From NCBI GenBank assembly GCA_052327205.1, contig CM126206.1, positions 210,242,001 through 210,306,000 on the forward strand: a stretch of 64,000 nt of DNA, in the 5' to 3' direction. The notes under the pieces are model-generated. The model was given only the letters and a program-made list of their open reading frames with translations. It made no database searches and was not told the origin of the DNA. Both the position numbers and the translations under genes were made by a program. Each line of letters opens with the position of its first letter. Within the stretch, counting starts at the first letter, position 1. Below are positions 52,241-64,000 of the stretch, one piece after another. This stretch comes from Somniosus microcephalus. Its lineage: Eukaryota.

Positions 52241-53060
52241 GTGGTTTCAGTTGAGCGAACAGCCACGAAGACAGAGGAAGCAGGGCACCGCTCGGATGTA
52301 GGGAATTGATTTTCTGTGAGCACAGTACACTCCAGATCTTTTAATCGGCAAAATTCAGAAGAGTTTGAGGATTTGAAAAATGCCAGCAGATAAAACCTCT
52401 GGAGACATTTACGATGAAGGTGAGGTCTGTAAGAAGAACGAATGTTAAGGCCTATTATCCTATATTTTAAACTAATGGGTAAGAGGTTATTTCTAACAAG
52501 CTTGTATTTTAGTATATTTTAAAATGCAAACAGTGCTGTTAGCAAATAAAAGTTAAAGTTACTGTGTTGTCTATTTTTGGGGGGGGGGAGAGGAGAAAAA
52601 GAAAATACATCTCTATAGACTATGTCATCTGACTAGTTCTTTTCTTCGGACAAACCTTGAACTCGTGATTATTGCAGTGCAGACAAGTTGCTATGGCTTA
52701 TCATTACTGGAATGAATGACATGCATACAGATCGCGTGAAATCCTGCACAGAGATAATGAAGAACCCGCCATATTTAATGGGGAACTAACAATTATTCTC
52801 GTGCTGAATTTGCAATTCAATCTATTCATTTGAATACAAATTCGGCCTGGAATGCAAAACGCTGAATTATTTGGGAAATTATTTCAGGGACCCACAATAT
52901 TGTACGTTAAAAGAGTGCCTTTCGCTTTTGGTAAACTGCATGCGAGGTCCTGACGAGAAGCGTGATGATTGTGCCTTTTTTATTTGAGTAAGTCTGTTGA
53001 ACGTGCATTTAGATTATCCCTTTGTGTGTGCAGTGATAGGAATCTAAAGAACTGAGATAG

Positions 53061-53144
53061 AACTGACGTGTGATTTAGGTAGTTTCATGTTGTTGGGGCT
53101 CAAGTCTATCTCTACAACACGAAACTGCCTGAATTACTGCAGTT
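53061..53144 (+). ncRNA. mir-196: microRNA mir-196 precursor (HoxA locus, positional orthologue of mir-196b)
   Basis: Mature TAGGTAGTTTCATGTTGTTGGG at 53076-53097 pairs with the 3' arm CTACAACACGAAACTGCCTGA, with a basal stem AACTG...CAGTT. It lies between Hox10 and Hox9. Confidence 0.97.
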
Positions 53145-56100
53145 ATCGTCTTCGCCAGTGAGTTCTGTCGCTGGTTTGGAAAGAAACCGCAGTTACTCAA
53201 TAACCACGAATAAGTAAAAGGTTTCGGTTTGATATGGCCAACAGTAAAGTGGCACGTTTTGTGACAGGAATAACAATGTTTTATAAAAATAAATGGCAAC
53301 TGTTTCTTAGACAAGTTTTTTTTCAAAATTAATGCAACTTTGTAAAATAATTTTTAAAGAGCAGAGTGCCTTCTATACTTTGCAAGCTAGCACGGGGCCA
53401 TGCTTTCCTAACGTTGTTGTCAATTGGAATTTCATAAATGTAATGTTTTACATTAGATTTGTTTATTTTTCCTAAGAAGAATCAAGTTCACGTTTAAATT
53501 AAATATAACCAATTTTAGATTTCCTCTCAGTATATATGTGCTGTTGAATTATTACTTGAAAACACTGATGTTGGTCGGCACTATCCTACTGCGGATGACT
53601 GCAATTTCATCTGCACAGCGGCGTAATCGATGCATTGCAGATTTCGTCTTTGTTAGTGATAAATATTTCATCATCATGTTAACATCGCCTAAACGGCACA
53701 TATTTCTTTAGTGCATTCTGCACATAGCTGATCTTATAATTCCCGGTGAAAATCGGAAATAAAAAGGGACTGCGCCAAGTGATTTAGGATACGCGTTTTA
53801 AGCATATGTATTCTACCATGTGCAAGACAAAGAAATTACTTGAAAGGCACAAGGCCTCGGTTATGATCATTACATGGCGCCTGGGCGCGTAAATTTGTTT
53901 TGTTCTTGGAAACAGCGACCTCGGCGGAGTGTAGTGGAAGCGCTGCTCGGTCGGTGGCTCCTGCCTCTGCAGGAAACTAGACTAAACACAGAAAACAGAC
54001 TTGTTCCATTATATTGGCTGTTTGGAGGAGACAAACAGAAGCTTTAATCTAAGCATAGCAAGTAGACAAACACCGTGGCACTTTATTTTGTTGGTCCAGT
54101 TATTCAAATTGGGAGCCCGATTGGAATTAAACCATTTAAATCCAGGACTCAATGAGATTATACAACATAGGCATTGCAACGGGATAGCCTTTATGCTGTC
54201 TTATGAATGAAGAACTAAATTAATTTCATATAACATATATCAAAAATGATAACCTTCCCATGGTAAAATGATCACGGCAGATTAACTAAGAGAATGCAAA
54301 GCAATTTTATTAGTGATTGTACTTACATACAGTTTTCCATATGTTCATATAATCGGTTTTAAATTACCTTTGTAAGTAACCTACAAATATTTGACTCAAA
54401 TAAAATTTATAAAGTCTCATTTACAATATTAAATTCCATCATCCACGTTATTAGGTATATAAATGTACGGCGTGTCGTAGAAGGACATTTTGCGCGAGCT
54501 AGAAACATTTATCTTGATTTTTTTCTTCAGTGAAATACAAAAGAGTATCTTCCGGAAAAATGTGCGCTGTTACACAATCGAAGGGCGATTCTACCTCAAT
54601 CCGATTGTACCACCTGAAAACTATCTTCGGCATGGTTTAAATATCCACAAAGAAAAGGGGCAGTCAAGTTTGTGTTGTTCAAAACATCACTTCTGGTAAC
54701 AGCCAGGCCCTGTTAAAATGCAGCCCTGCTCAGGCTTTTAGCTGATGACCTTTTCTTCAATTTGCTGAGATTTGACATAAAATACTTTGGCAAAAAATCG
54801 GGAATATTTATTTAATTATTACGTTTCTGAGTAAATTGCGCAAAGGATTTTATTTCGGCAATATTATTGAAAGAATAATCTTTCTCAATTCAACTGTGCT
54901 TCGACTATGCGAGGTGCATGCATTTCCTCCTTGTCTTGTTTTGACAAACCTAATGGTAAAAAAAATGCTTCAAAATAATTCGGTTTACACCTCGAATGTC
55001 ATTATTTGTGCGTTGCTCGCAATCTTCTCCCAAGGCTTGTATGATTTATACACGTTAAAAAAAAACAGAAGCCACAATAGTTTTGTAGTTCCCTTCTTTA
55101 ATGTTAAATTATAGGTTGGCTTTTAAAATGCGGAGCATGCGGTCTATCTGCACAGTTTTAAATGGAGCATTAAATTTCGGACTGGTGCGGATAAACTAAA
55201 AAGTGCTTCAATCTTTCGTAAACAAGTAACACCCCAATATAACGTTTGGTGTTTGAGATTATATTCAGTCATTACTTTTCTGAAACGAAGCCTTTGAGTG
55301 CGGTCAGGGAACAGGCGCGGCCAGTTTTGAAGCCTCTCGTGCAGACGTCTCGAGGATTTGGTTAGTCTTATTTTACGTTTTATATATACCTTTTAAATCT
55401 TTGCCAAATTATACAATATATATGGCAATTAGAATCGCAAACGATGAAAGCACTTTGAACACGCTGTCGTCCTTGCACTCTGCATGCCCACAAATTGGCT
55501 TTGCAACTTCACACAGATGCTATCTGAACGGGAATAAAGGCGTCAGCATTTGTAGTTTATTCTAAATGATACAATTAGAAAGCCCAAAATGTCACAGCCC
55601 GAGGGTTTTTTCTGCCTTGAAACTGTTATCACCCAGTTTTATCTCAGTGTTGTAAAATTTCTAAATTTTTATATGTGAAATTTTTTGCCAAGTGTTTCTG
55701 GCTACAAGGTGTATTCAATGAATAACATACTGGCTGGGTAAATTCCGCAAAGTATTAAGCAAGATTTGTGAGTGAATGCGAGTACTGTACTTTTGACGGT
55801 ACACTCAACTGCTGTAAAAGTTGTACGAATTAATAAAATATTTTGTTAGTTATTTGTATCAAACATAATTCCCAAGTTAAAAAAAGACCAACTCAAAACA
55901 GCACACAAAAAGCAGTTTCGCTTTACCCTCGTTCCACTCCCCTTGCCATACAATGAAAACAGGAGAAAATTCCGCTACCCAAATATGCGTCTTAAAATTG
56001 GAATGGGTGCATTATTGTATTTCTGTATGTTGCTGAATCATCGGCACCGATTTTGTATGCTAATAATAATTTCTTTTGAGACCTTTGGTGAATTGCATCC

Positions 56101-58624
56101 ACTCACGTAAAGGATTTTTCTGTTTATTTTTTCATTTCCTAGCCTGAAAGCTGCAACTTGTAAATAACACACCAGCTTCCTGTGTGGAACGTTCAAACAA
56201 AAGTCTAAACTGAAAATGTAAACCGGACAAGTCACCAAAATTCGTAACTGTCCTTTTTGGGGGAAAACGTGTTCCATTTGACATTGAGAATTCAGTATGT
56301 TATTTGTAACGAATTCAACTATATCATTTAAAATCAAGCATTTCGTACGAAACTATAAATCATTAAGTATCACAGCAAGACGCGACACATTCCAAGGTTG
56401 TAGTTAAATTCTTCCAGGCTTTTTAATGGTTGTTTGTTTTTATATATTTTCTTGGCAAAACAAAACCTGAATTTCAATTAGACGAACGGCTCTTTTAAGC
56501 GAAGTGCAGTTTCAGAGCACCGTGGCTTCACTTTGTAAATATAGAATCAACATTTGAATCCTAATTTCAGGCCATCTGCACAGGAAACACAAAACGTTTT
56601 TTTGCTAAGGCTCAACACTGGACTTGAATGGTTCTCGATTCTGCTCTAGACCTCAGCACTCCGCCAGTGTCGCTGTAACACTCCGCTGACCAGATACTCA
56701 ATGCTGGCGCGCAGGCGACAGGCTGAAGCAACCTCCCCCCACCCCCCGCCCCCCCCCCCCCCCGCCCCCGCCTCCAAAAAACCAATGGGGAATGCACAGA
56801 CCTATAAAGAAAGATTCGGGTAAAGAGAACCCAAACACCGAAAAAAGGAAGTTGCATTTCAGTTATCTGTAAGGTTTTAAACTGGGCTTATATAGGCAGC
56901 GGATGTTGGGGGGAAGCAAGCGATTCAACGCGACGGCGACAGCACGTTGGTTTAATGTGGGATCTGTTAATTGTCTTTGTTTAATGGTTATTTCTCTGTT
57001 ATTTGATCCACGCAACAGCTCAAGTACTCTACGATAATTTTGGAGATAGGCGTTTCAATTATAGGCTGTTGCTAATGTCGAGATACACCGAAGGTTTTTT
57101 TCTGTAGCAGAAATAAACAAAATACCTCCATATATCGATTATTAAAAAAACACAAAGAAATATAAATTGGCATTAAAACAACACGGCTCAGTTGCAAACC
57201 TAGATGCAAACCAGCTGCCAAATCATATTATTGCTTGCTTTTAAAGTTCCAAACGTTTTATAAACTGGGGTAAGTTTCATTTGATTAGAATGACCATTGT
57301 CAATTCTCTTTCAGATTTTGAGATACTGCATACATCAAATATGTTTTAAAAGAGTAGCCCAATGAAACATAGCACAATGCAACATTATTGCAACATTGTT
57401 GCTCTGTGAAACCTGTGCACTGGATCTATATAAACAAACGCACTGACGTCTGAACCTTACACGTATAATAAAACATTACATGTTAAAATAGCAATGAGAA
57501 ATTATTCTAAGAGAAAAATGGCAACAATTAGAAAAATCACTGACGGACATTATGGATTGTTTCTGGGGTTTTATTTATTTTACTAAAAAGGTATTGCAAG
57601 TTCATTTACTTTAAAACGAGATCAAACCGGGATACTCGCCTTCTGACTTACATTCTATTTGTTGATTTTAATGTAACTAAGCCAAACCGTTCATCGCTAT
57701 ACACATATATTAACATCGACACTGTGTGTGAGAGAGGGGGAGATAGAGGCCTACTAAGTTTTTGAGGCACAGTATTTAGTTGCACATACAATGTTTAATA
57801 TGCCGATAACACTGTGATAAGGGCACCCTCTAACCTTATAGAAATACGACTCATGTTTTATATCTGTTTATATATCTAATCGTTTGCTTTTATTTGCTAT
57901 TGAAAGGAACGCATCTTAACCATATAACAGATTTGGTTTCCGAATACCGTCTGTGCGGGGAAGCTTTCCGATTTAGTCTCCACAGATTCCGCCACTGACT
58001 GAATGAAACAAAAAGTCCACGAATCTGAAGATTCCCGAAGAAATTCATTTTATCCGTATTTCTGCATCTGTAAACCAAACTAGCACGTTGAATGCGGAAG
58101 TTGTAATTAATTATGGTTTATTGTAGGTAAAGAGCTTTTTTGGAATGGCTATAGTTTGCTAACATGTAGTTTTATTGCTCAAACTGTTGTAAAACGGAGA
58201 TTATCACAGTGTGTTTTATGTGCGCCTCATTTTAAAAATAAAAGATTTTTAGCAACTGCAGGTACACACGCCACTTCTCAGAGGTACCCTTTAAAACTTC
58301 GTTAACGATTTTTATTTGTTAACAATGCGCTTATAATTTTAGTTTTACTAAGCATGAATAATAAATACCTGTCCAATCGCTTTCTTCGTTGATTCTTTCT
58401 GCAGTTTATAGTTTCACTCTTTCCATAATCTTTTATGTGAAGGTTAACGATTATAAGGTGTTCGTTAAAAAAAACGAGCATCTGATGGGAAGATTGATTA
58501 TGATATAAAATAGTCCCCGAAAAAAAAGAACGGCAACGGAATATTTTTTCACATCTCAGCTGACAACAAAGAAATCAGCTTCCATATATAGAGGTGATTA
58601 TATCCTTTTGCCTAAAAAACATAT

Positions 58625-58745
58625 GGAGTTGCTATATAAAATAATGACTATAAAAGATTGACCCTGTTACAAGCTGCGGATTGATTTATATTTTATTGTT
58701 GTTTTTGAATCACGTGAGTAAATTATCCAATGGCGTGCAAGTGCG
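58625..58745 (+). promoter_or_regulatory. Hoxa9 proximal promoter: PBX-HOX site, E-box, CCAAT
   Basis: TGATTTAT at 58682-58689, CACGTG at 58711-58716 and CCAAT at 58727-58731. Confidence 0.65.
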
Positions 58746-58847
58746 TCTGCACCATATTAGCAGACTGTACTTGTCCCGGCGATAAGTTGTTACATTGAAA
58801 TCAGCTCTTTCATATTTTCAGGGGCGCTTGCTGTGTCATTGCCGAGA

Positions 58848-59388
58848 ATGTCGACATCAGGGACTATCAGCAATTATTATGTCGACTCCCTTATAATGCA
58901 CGAGAACGAGGATCTGCTGTCGTCTAGATATGCGTCGGGTCCACTGGCTCAGTCTTCCAGGCAGGCAGCCCTCGCTGAGCACCCCGACTTCTCCCCATGC
59001 AACTTCCAGTCTAAAGCCACAGTGTTCAGCACCTCCTGGAGCCCGGTTCATGCTCAGAGCTCTGCCAATATGCCCACTGTTTATCACCCATACATGCACC
59101 AGGCTCCCATTGCCGCAGCGCCTGATGGTAGGTACATGCGCTCCTGGCTAGATCCCATGTCGGGGACCCTGTCCTTCCCCGGGTTACCTTCCAGTAGACA
59201 CTACGGCATCAAACCTGAGCCTGTAGCTGCCCGCAGGAGTGACTGCACCACGTTTGAAACACACACGTTAGCCCTCTCAGAATATACTTGTGGAACTTCT
59301 CCTGGCGACAAACGTATGAACGAGGTTTCCTTTTCTGAAAATAATGGAGAGCTTGAGGCAAACGCAGATAAGCTACACATGGATCCAA
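58848..59388 (+). CDS. Hoxa9: Homeobox protein Hox-A9, exon 1
   Basis: MSTSGTISNYYVDSLI...VYHPY..AAAPDGRYMRSWLDP...RHYGIKPEP; donor A|GTAAGT at 59389 (phase 1). Confidence 0.97.
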
Positions 59389-60053
59389 GTAAGTGTGGAA
59401 ACCCCAAATTTTTATATTACTTTTCTAGCTGAGGATTATAAATTCGAACTATTTTATATTCCCGCCTTTTTCTTCATTACATCGCGAAATAAAAATCCAC
59501 AGATCTGTTTACAGGTTAGCGTTCATTTTATTTATATTACACAGCTAAAAATAGATTTGAGACATTTGTTCAAGGTTTATGCTGTATAATTTGGGCACTG
59601 CTATGGACAAAAATCGTGTATATATTGAACTAATATCCATTCATTATAGAAGAGAAAGGGGGAGATATTGAGTAATTACTGACTCTGTAATTCAAGTGCA
59701 TCAAGCAAACCAGACTACTGGATAAACAAATAAAATGCGCATAATATACAACACAATCAGGCAACATTTTGCTTTGGATTATTAACCTGTCTGATTAACA
59801 GATCTTCACAATATTACAGTTTTCTAACTCGTTTTTGAATTCTATTCATACAGTTTGTTCATTGGGCAAAACGAATCGTATTAGAGTTTAATACACTGTG
59901 CAAACACAGATAAAAGTATCGCAACCAGCCTCTTTAATCCACTGCTCCCTCGCCCTCTTTTATCTGTTAAGGTGTTTTGATTCTGAGAATGTTACAATAT
60001 TAGACTAACATGATAAGGGAAATATATTAAATGTGTTTCCTTTATACTTTCAG

Positions 60054-60295
60054 ATAACCCTTCCGCCAACTGGCTGCATGCAAGGTCTACCAGAAAGAAA
60101 CGCTGCCCTTACACCAAACATCAGACGTTGGAGCTGGAAAAAGAATTCTTGTTTAATATGTACCTCACAAGAGACCGCAGATATGAGGTCGCCAGGGTCC
60201 TTAGCCTTACTGAACGGCAAGTTAAAATCTGGTTTCAGAATAGAAGGATGAAGATGAAAAAAATCAACAAGGAACGACCTAAAGACGACCGGTGA
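60054..60295 (+). CDS. Hoxa9: Hox-A9 exon 2 (homeodomain)
   Basis: Acceptor tactttcag|; [80 protein letters not shown]. Confidence 0.98.
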
Positions 60296-61213
60296 CACGA
60301 AGGAGAATATTTTTGAGGAAAGAAAAGGACTAAATTCACAATTACTATCGAAATACGCCCTGCTTCAGAAAGACTATGTGAACATTTTGTCATGTCATTA
60401 GCACAAAATATTCCTATGCCAGTTCTGGACTACATATGGTGGGAAAAAAAGACTGATACTCTTGTTAGTTGGGAACCAAAGAGGGAGACATTTACGGCAA
60501 GGTTAAGTCTGTGGCTACGGAATCTACCTTACTTTACATGAAAACTACCTTCTCTTAATCCACCGCTACTCTGTGTGGACAGTAATTCAGTAATACTGTA
60601 TTAGTTTAATATTTACTTGTTTTACATGCAGCAAACGAGGCTGCCTATATACTTGAATCGGTGTCTGTTGTGGTGATTATCTCTGTGACTGGGCCTCTGT
60701 GACTGGGCGGTGTCTGAGTAAAGATCGTGTAAACAAACAAAAGAAAAATCTCAATTTAACTCAGGATGTTTAATATAAAGATAACAGGCTGTGTAGTGCA
60801 TATGAAATGTTATTTTCGTGGTGAACTTGGAACATATATTGTATTATTTTCACTGTGAATTAACTTGTAGAAACTCCGGGCTTTATGCTGTCTTTGTGAG
60901 ACTGAGTAACGGCCTTGTCCGGGGTGCATGACGATTGTGTTGTTCTTCAGAAATTGTATGAAACTGAATTGCATAGAATGCTAATATAAGTTTTATTTCA
61001 AAGAGCAGCGCTAAGCATAATGCTACACGATACTCTTGTCTATTGTGATAAAAGCACGAATGAAGTTCTCAGACACTTTGTATTTATCGGTGTTGTGGTG
61101 CAAAGAAAAGTATAAGATTTGGTTTAAAACTACCTATATGTATAACTAGTAACTACCTATGTTTTGTGTGTAAATGTCACCCGTAATATTGTTTTGACGC
61201 ATTTATGCGGTAG

Positions 61214-61243
61214 AATAAATAAGCAAACAATATTGTCAATAAA
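61214..61243 (+). terminator. Likely Hoxa9 polyadenylation signals
   Basis: Two AATAAA hexamers (61214, 61238) just after the last miR-196 seed match. Confidence 0.5.
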
Positions 61244-62823
61244 TGTAATGTGTACAATACAAGGAAAATATCTGGGTGCAATAGAAAGAACATACCACTA
61301 ATGTGTTTTAAATGGGGGTTGTCGTCAGACCTATAGAGTTAACACATTTAAACTTGTGTACACGTTTGAAATGAATACCTCGTGTCATATTGACCAAACT
61401 ATACTGTTTGTAATGAAATGTCATTTTATTTGTTGTCTAATAAAATATATGTTTCACTACATATACAATATACTTTCTCTTTATGGAGCTCTATGTATGC
61501 AAAGATCTCGCCTGGAACTCTGTCCACGATTAGATTTTATTTATTTCACTACCATTTCAGAATTTTCAAAACTCGCCATACCAACTGCAACATTTTCAAA
61601 ATGTAAACTACAATTCCCTTTAGAGATATATAACGTTTCAAATATGCGAATTAAAACGTAAACTTTCAGCCGAACAGCAGCGAGTTAATAAAATAAACGG
61701 ATAAAGTGCATCACTTTCATGAAAATAATCCAATTTTTAACATTTCGTCACTAATATCAATCTTACAGTTTTGCAAAATGTAGCGATTTATTTAACGATA
61801 GCTATTGGATTTTCCCCAAAATTCTGATATTCAAAACGTAGCTTAAAGTTTGGATTTTCCTCAACTAAACATTGCAACGGATGTTATCACTTTAGCTGAT
61901 ATGACTGATATTTAGTGGGTAACTAAAATTAGACTGAGGTTGGGGTTTCTGAAAAAGAGAAGAAAATATAAACTGCGATGTAACAATGTTGTCTTGGCAG
62001 CGGATCTGATGAAAAAGATTCTGAATATATTTGAGTTTAACGCCCAGTTATCACCAACTAACTCGAGAACGTGCAAAACTGTGCACTAACAACTTCTATC
62101 TGTCGCCTGGCCATGCGCCAAGGCCGCTAGTTATTTATGTGATTTGTTGTGGGTTACTTATTCAAGTAATGCAGCACTTCTGCTGAAAGTGGAAATGAAT
62201 GATCTTGAACTGCTTGTCCGTGTAAAGAGCTCCAAAGTTGTTGGGATTTCATCATATTATAAAGAGGTAAATAATTTTTAAATTTCGCACTGGCACCAAT
62301 CCCTGCCGCCATTTCTTTAACTAAGCAACACAAAAGAGTCGGATCCTTCGGAAGCAAAGAAAGTTAAATTAGTATAAGGCGTCTTACCGCTAACAAAAAT
62401 ATATGCACGGCTTGGCACATTATTCTTTTTCAACTGTAAGATCCCTAGTAACTTTTTAAGACCCCGAAGACAGTTTGGATAGATTTAGTGGGATTCAAGT
62501 GATTTGGAAACTAGACAGAGAGGCCGGAGTAGTTGCAAGTCTTGGCAGTGGCTGTCGTTAGTAAAATTCAGAGTGGTGTACCGCAATAAAAGAAAATGAC
62601 TGCTGTAAGCATTTATGGGGTGTAAAACGCTGGAGGTTAAGGGGCGAAGTACATAAACACGACACTGACGATCTTACATTTGTAGTATTCTTCAGTATCT
62701 GGCAGCAAACACTCGAATAGGAGTACAATTATTAAAATAGATTTTTATTATAATATTAAAACAGTTGCTAAATTGAACTACCTTTTTATTTTTTCGTGTT
62801 CAGTCTGGAGGGTTATAATGTTG

Positions 62824-62841
62824 TGACGCCCTCTGTTGTTG
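62824..62841 (-). promoter_or_regulatory. CTCF motif 3' of Hoxa9 (minus orientation)
   Basis: Minus strand ACAACAGAGGGCGTCA; the CAGAGGGCG core is intact. Confidence 0.5.
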
Positions 62842-63257
62842 CAGATGGAACTTCAAAGACTAAACGGGGAGACTTGCAATAAAATGAAGGGTCTGGCAGT
62901 GGCAAGCCGTCTGGAATTCGGGTTTTAATGAGTTTACAACTGTCCAGCTACAATCAGTATTTTTCCAGAGAAGGCCATCCATTTGTTTTGTCTGGATGCC
63001 TAGACAAAAGGGTCTGCGGAAATAACGACCTTTATTAGTCTCGTCTCTAACATGGGCCCCTCAAATATCTCTTTACTAATTTATTGCGTCTAGTGGAAAA
63101 ATAACAGATCTTTAGTTATTTTGAAGCGTAGTTTAACACTGTTTGCAATTAAATTTAGTATGTATAAAAAATACATGGTCAAAAAATAAATATAGGTATT
63201 AGGTTCTGTGCAGTTTAGACAAGGTTTTCTGTGAATTTTCTGACAGCACTTTCCTCG

Positions 63258-63292
63258 TTGCAGTTTTCCTTTATAGCCAGGAGATGGCAGTG
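63258..63292 (+). promoter_or_regulatory. CTCF motif with upstream TGCAG module (plus orientation)
   Basis: TTGCAGTTTTCC-TTTATAG-CCAGGAGATGGCAGT; the core at 63277-63291 has 1 mismatch to consensus. Confidence 0.6.
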
Positions 63293-63714
63293 TTAATCCA
63301 CAGAAGAATTTAAAAAGAGTGCCGCCAAGCTGCCGAAAAGTGCAATAACTGCTATAAACTGGGATTTATTTATACAGTAGGTTGTAAATAGGATGAAAAC
63401 ATCTACCGCAAATGACACTTGTAAAAAAGGACTGAGGTCGATGGAGTATATTCATTTTGAATCCATCAACTCATTTGTGGACAGATTAATTCCACTTGAC
63501 CCGGGGTTTAGAAATCCATTTGTACTTTAGTGTTTTATTTTTAATGTACAATAACACGATTTAAATTGATTATCTTCCACTTTGTTCCTCAGTCTACTGT
63601 GCTGCGTGCAACAAGGGAAAGCCGATTAGAAGTTGTGAGTATCTGAAAGCGAAATGACGTGACCTGTTATATATCCATCCGTACATAAAACAACTATGCA
63701 TATGTAAACTACGT

Positions 63715-63795
63715 GCATGAATACGTACGCACATCCACATACAGACATATAACATACATACATGTATGCAGACATACATACGTGCACTCACATAC
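63715..63795. repeat. Degenerate (CATA)n simple repeat
   Basis: catacagacatataacatacatacatgtatgcagacatacatac. Confidence 0.7.
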
Positions 63796-64000
63796 CTAAA
63801 TAAATGTGGACGTGCATTTGTTTATCCTGAAATTCTCCAGGGATTCCAGTAAGACTCACATGTTAAATGTGACGTATACTTGAGGTAGGAAAAGTAACTT
63901 AATGCAACTAATTCTTCTGTATATTTTATCTCTAGGCTTCATATTGTTGTAATTTAAAAACACGTCTATGGACACAGTAAATAGGATATTTAGAACAGTC

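Noticed and set aside
60681-60708. 14-bp tandem duplication CTCTGTGACTGGGC in the Hoxa9 3' UTR
   Set aside because: Simple slippage duplication with no evident function.
61300-64000. Search for a Hoxa8 remnant or the start of Hoxa7
   Set aside because: No homeobox, YPWM or Hox N-terminal motif recognised by eye.
1-64000. Prokaryotic systems (CRISPR arrays, operons, retrons), tRNA or rRNA genes, Evx1
   Set aside because: The sequence is intron-containing vertebrate DNA, and the only RT is a LINE ORF2. No repeat-spacer array, tRNA/rRNA or Evx homeobox was seen.

Overview
Eukaryotic (vertebrate) DNA: the 5' (posterior) half of a HoxA cluster, with all genes on the + strand. The order is a degraded Hox14 pseudogene (about 11.7-15.2 kb), Hoxa13, Hoxa11, Hoxa10, mir-196 and Hoxa9. 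The four intact genes are two-exon, with phase-1 GT-AG introns and complete homeodomains. The protein sequences and the split-homeobox HoxA14 relic point to a cartilaginous fish (inference; species not determinable here). The first 8.7 kb holds an apparently uninterrupted LINE ORF2 (endonuclease + reverse transcriptase, minus strand), about 4.8 kb of CT-rich complex microsatellite with two assembly gaps, and a second 5'-truncated LINE embedded in CT repeats. Points worth following up: (1) the HoxA14 fossil; (2) a speculative Hox12-like homeobox trace at the Hoxa12 position; (3) an in-frame stop in the conserved Hoxa10 N-terminal extension; (4) a minus-oriented promoter-like module in the Hoxa11 intron; (5) CTCF motifs that flip orientation 3' of Hoxa9; (6) nuclear-receptor DR0/DR2 motifs; (7) three miR-196 sites in the Hoxa9 3' UTR. 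All comparisons to other species are from memory and need database confirmation.
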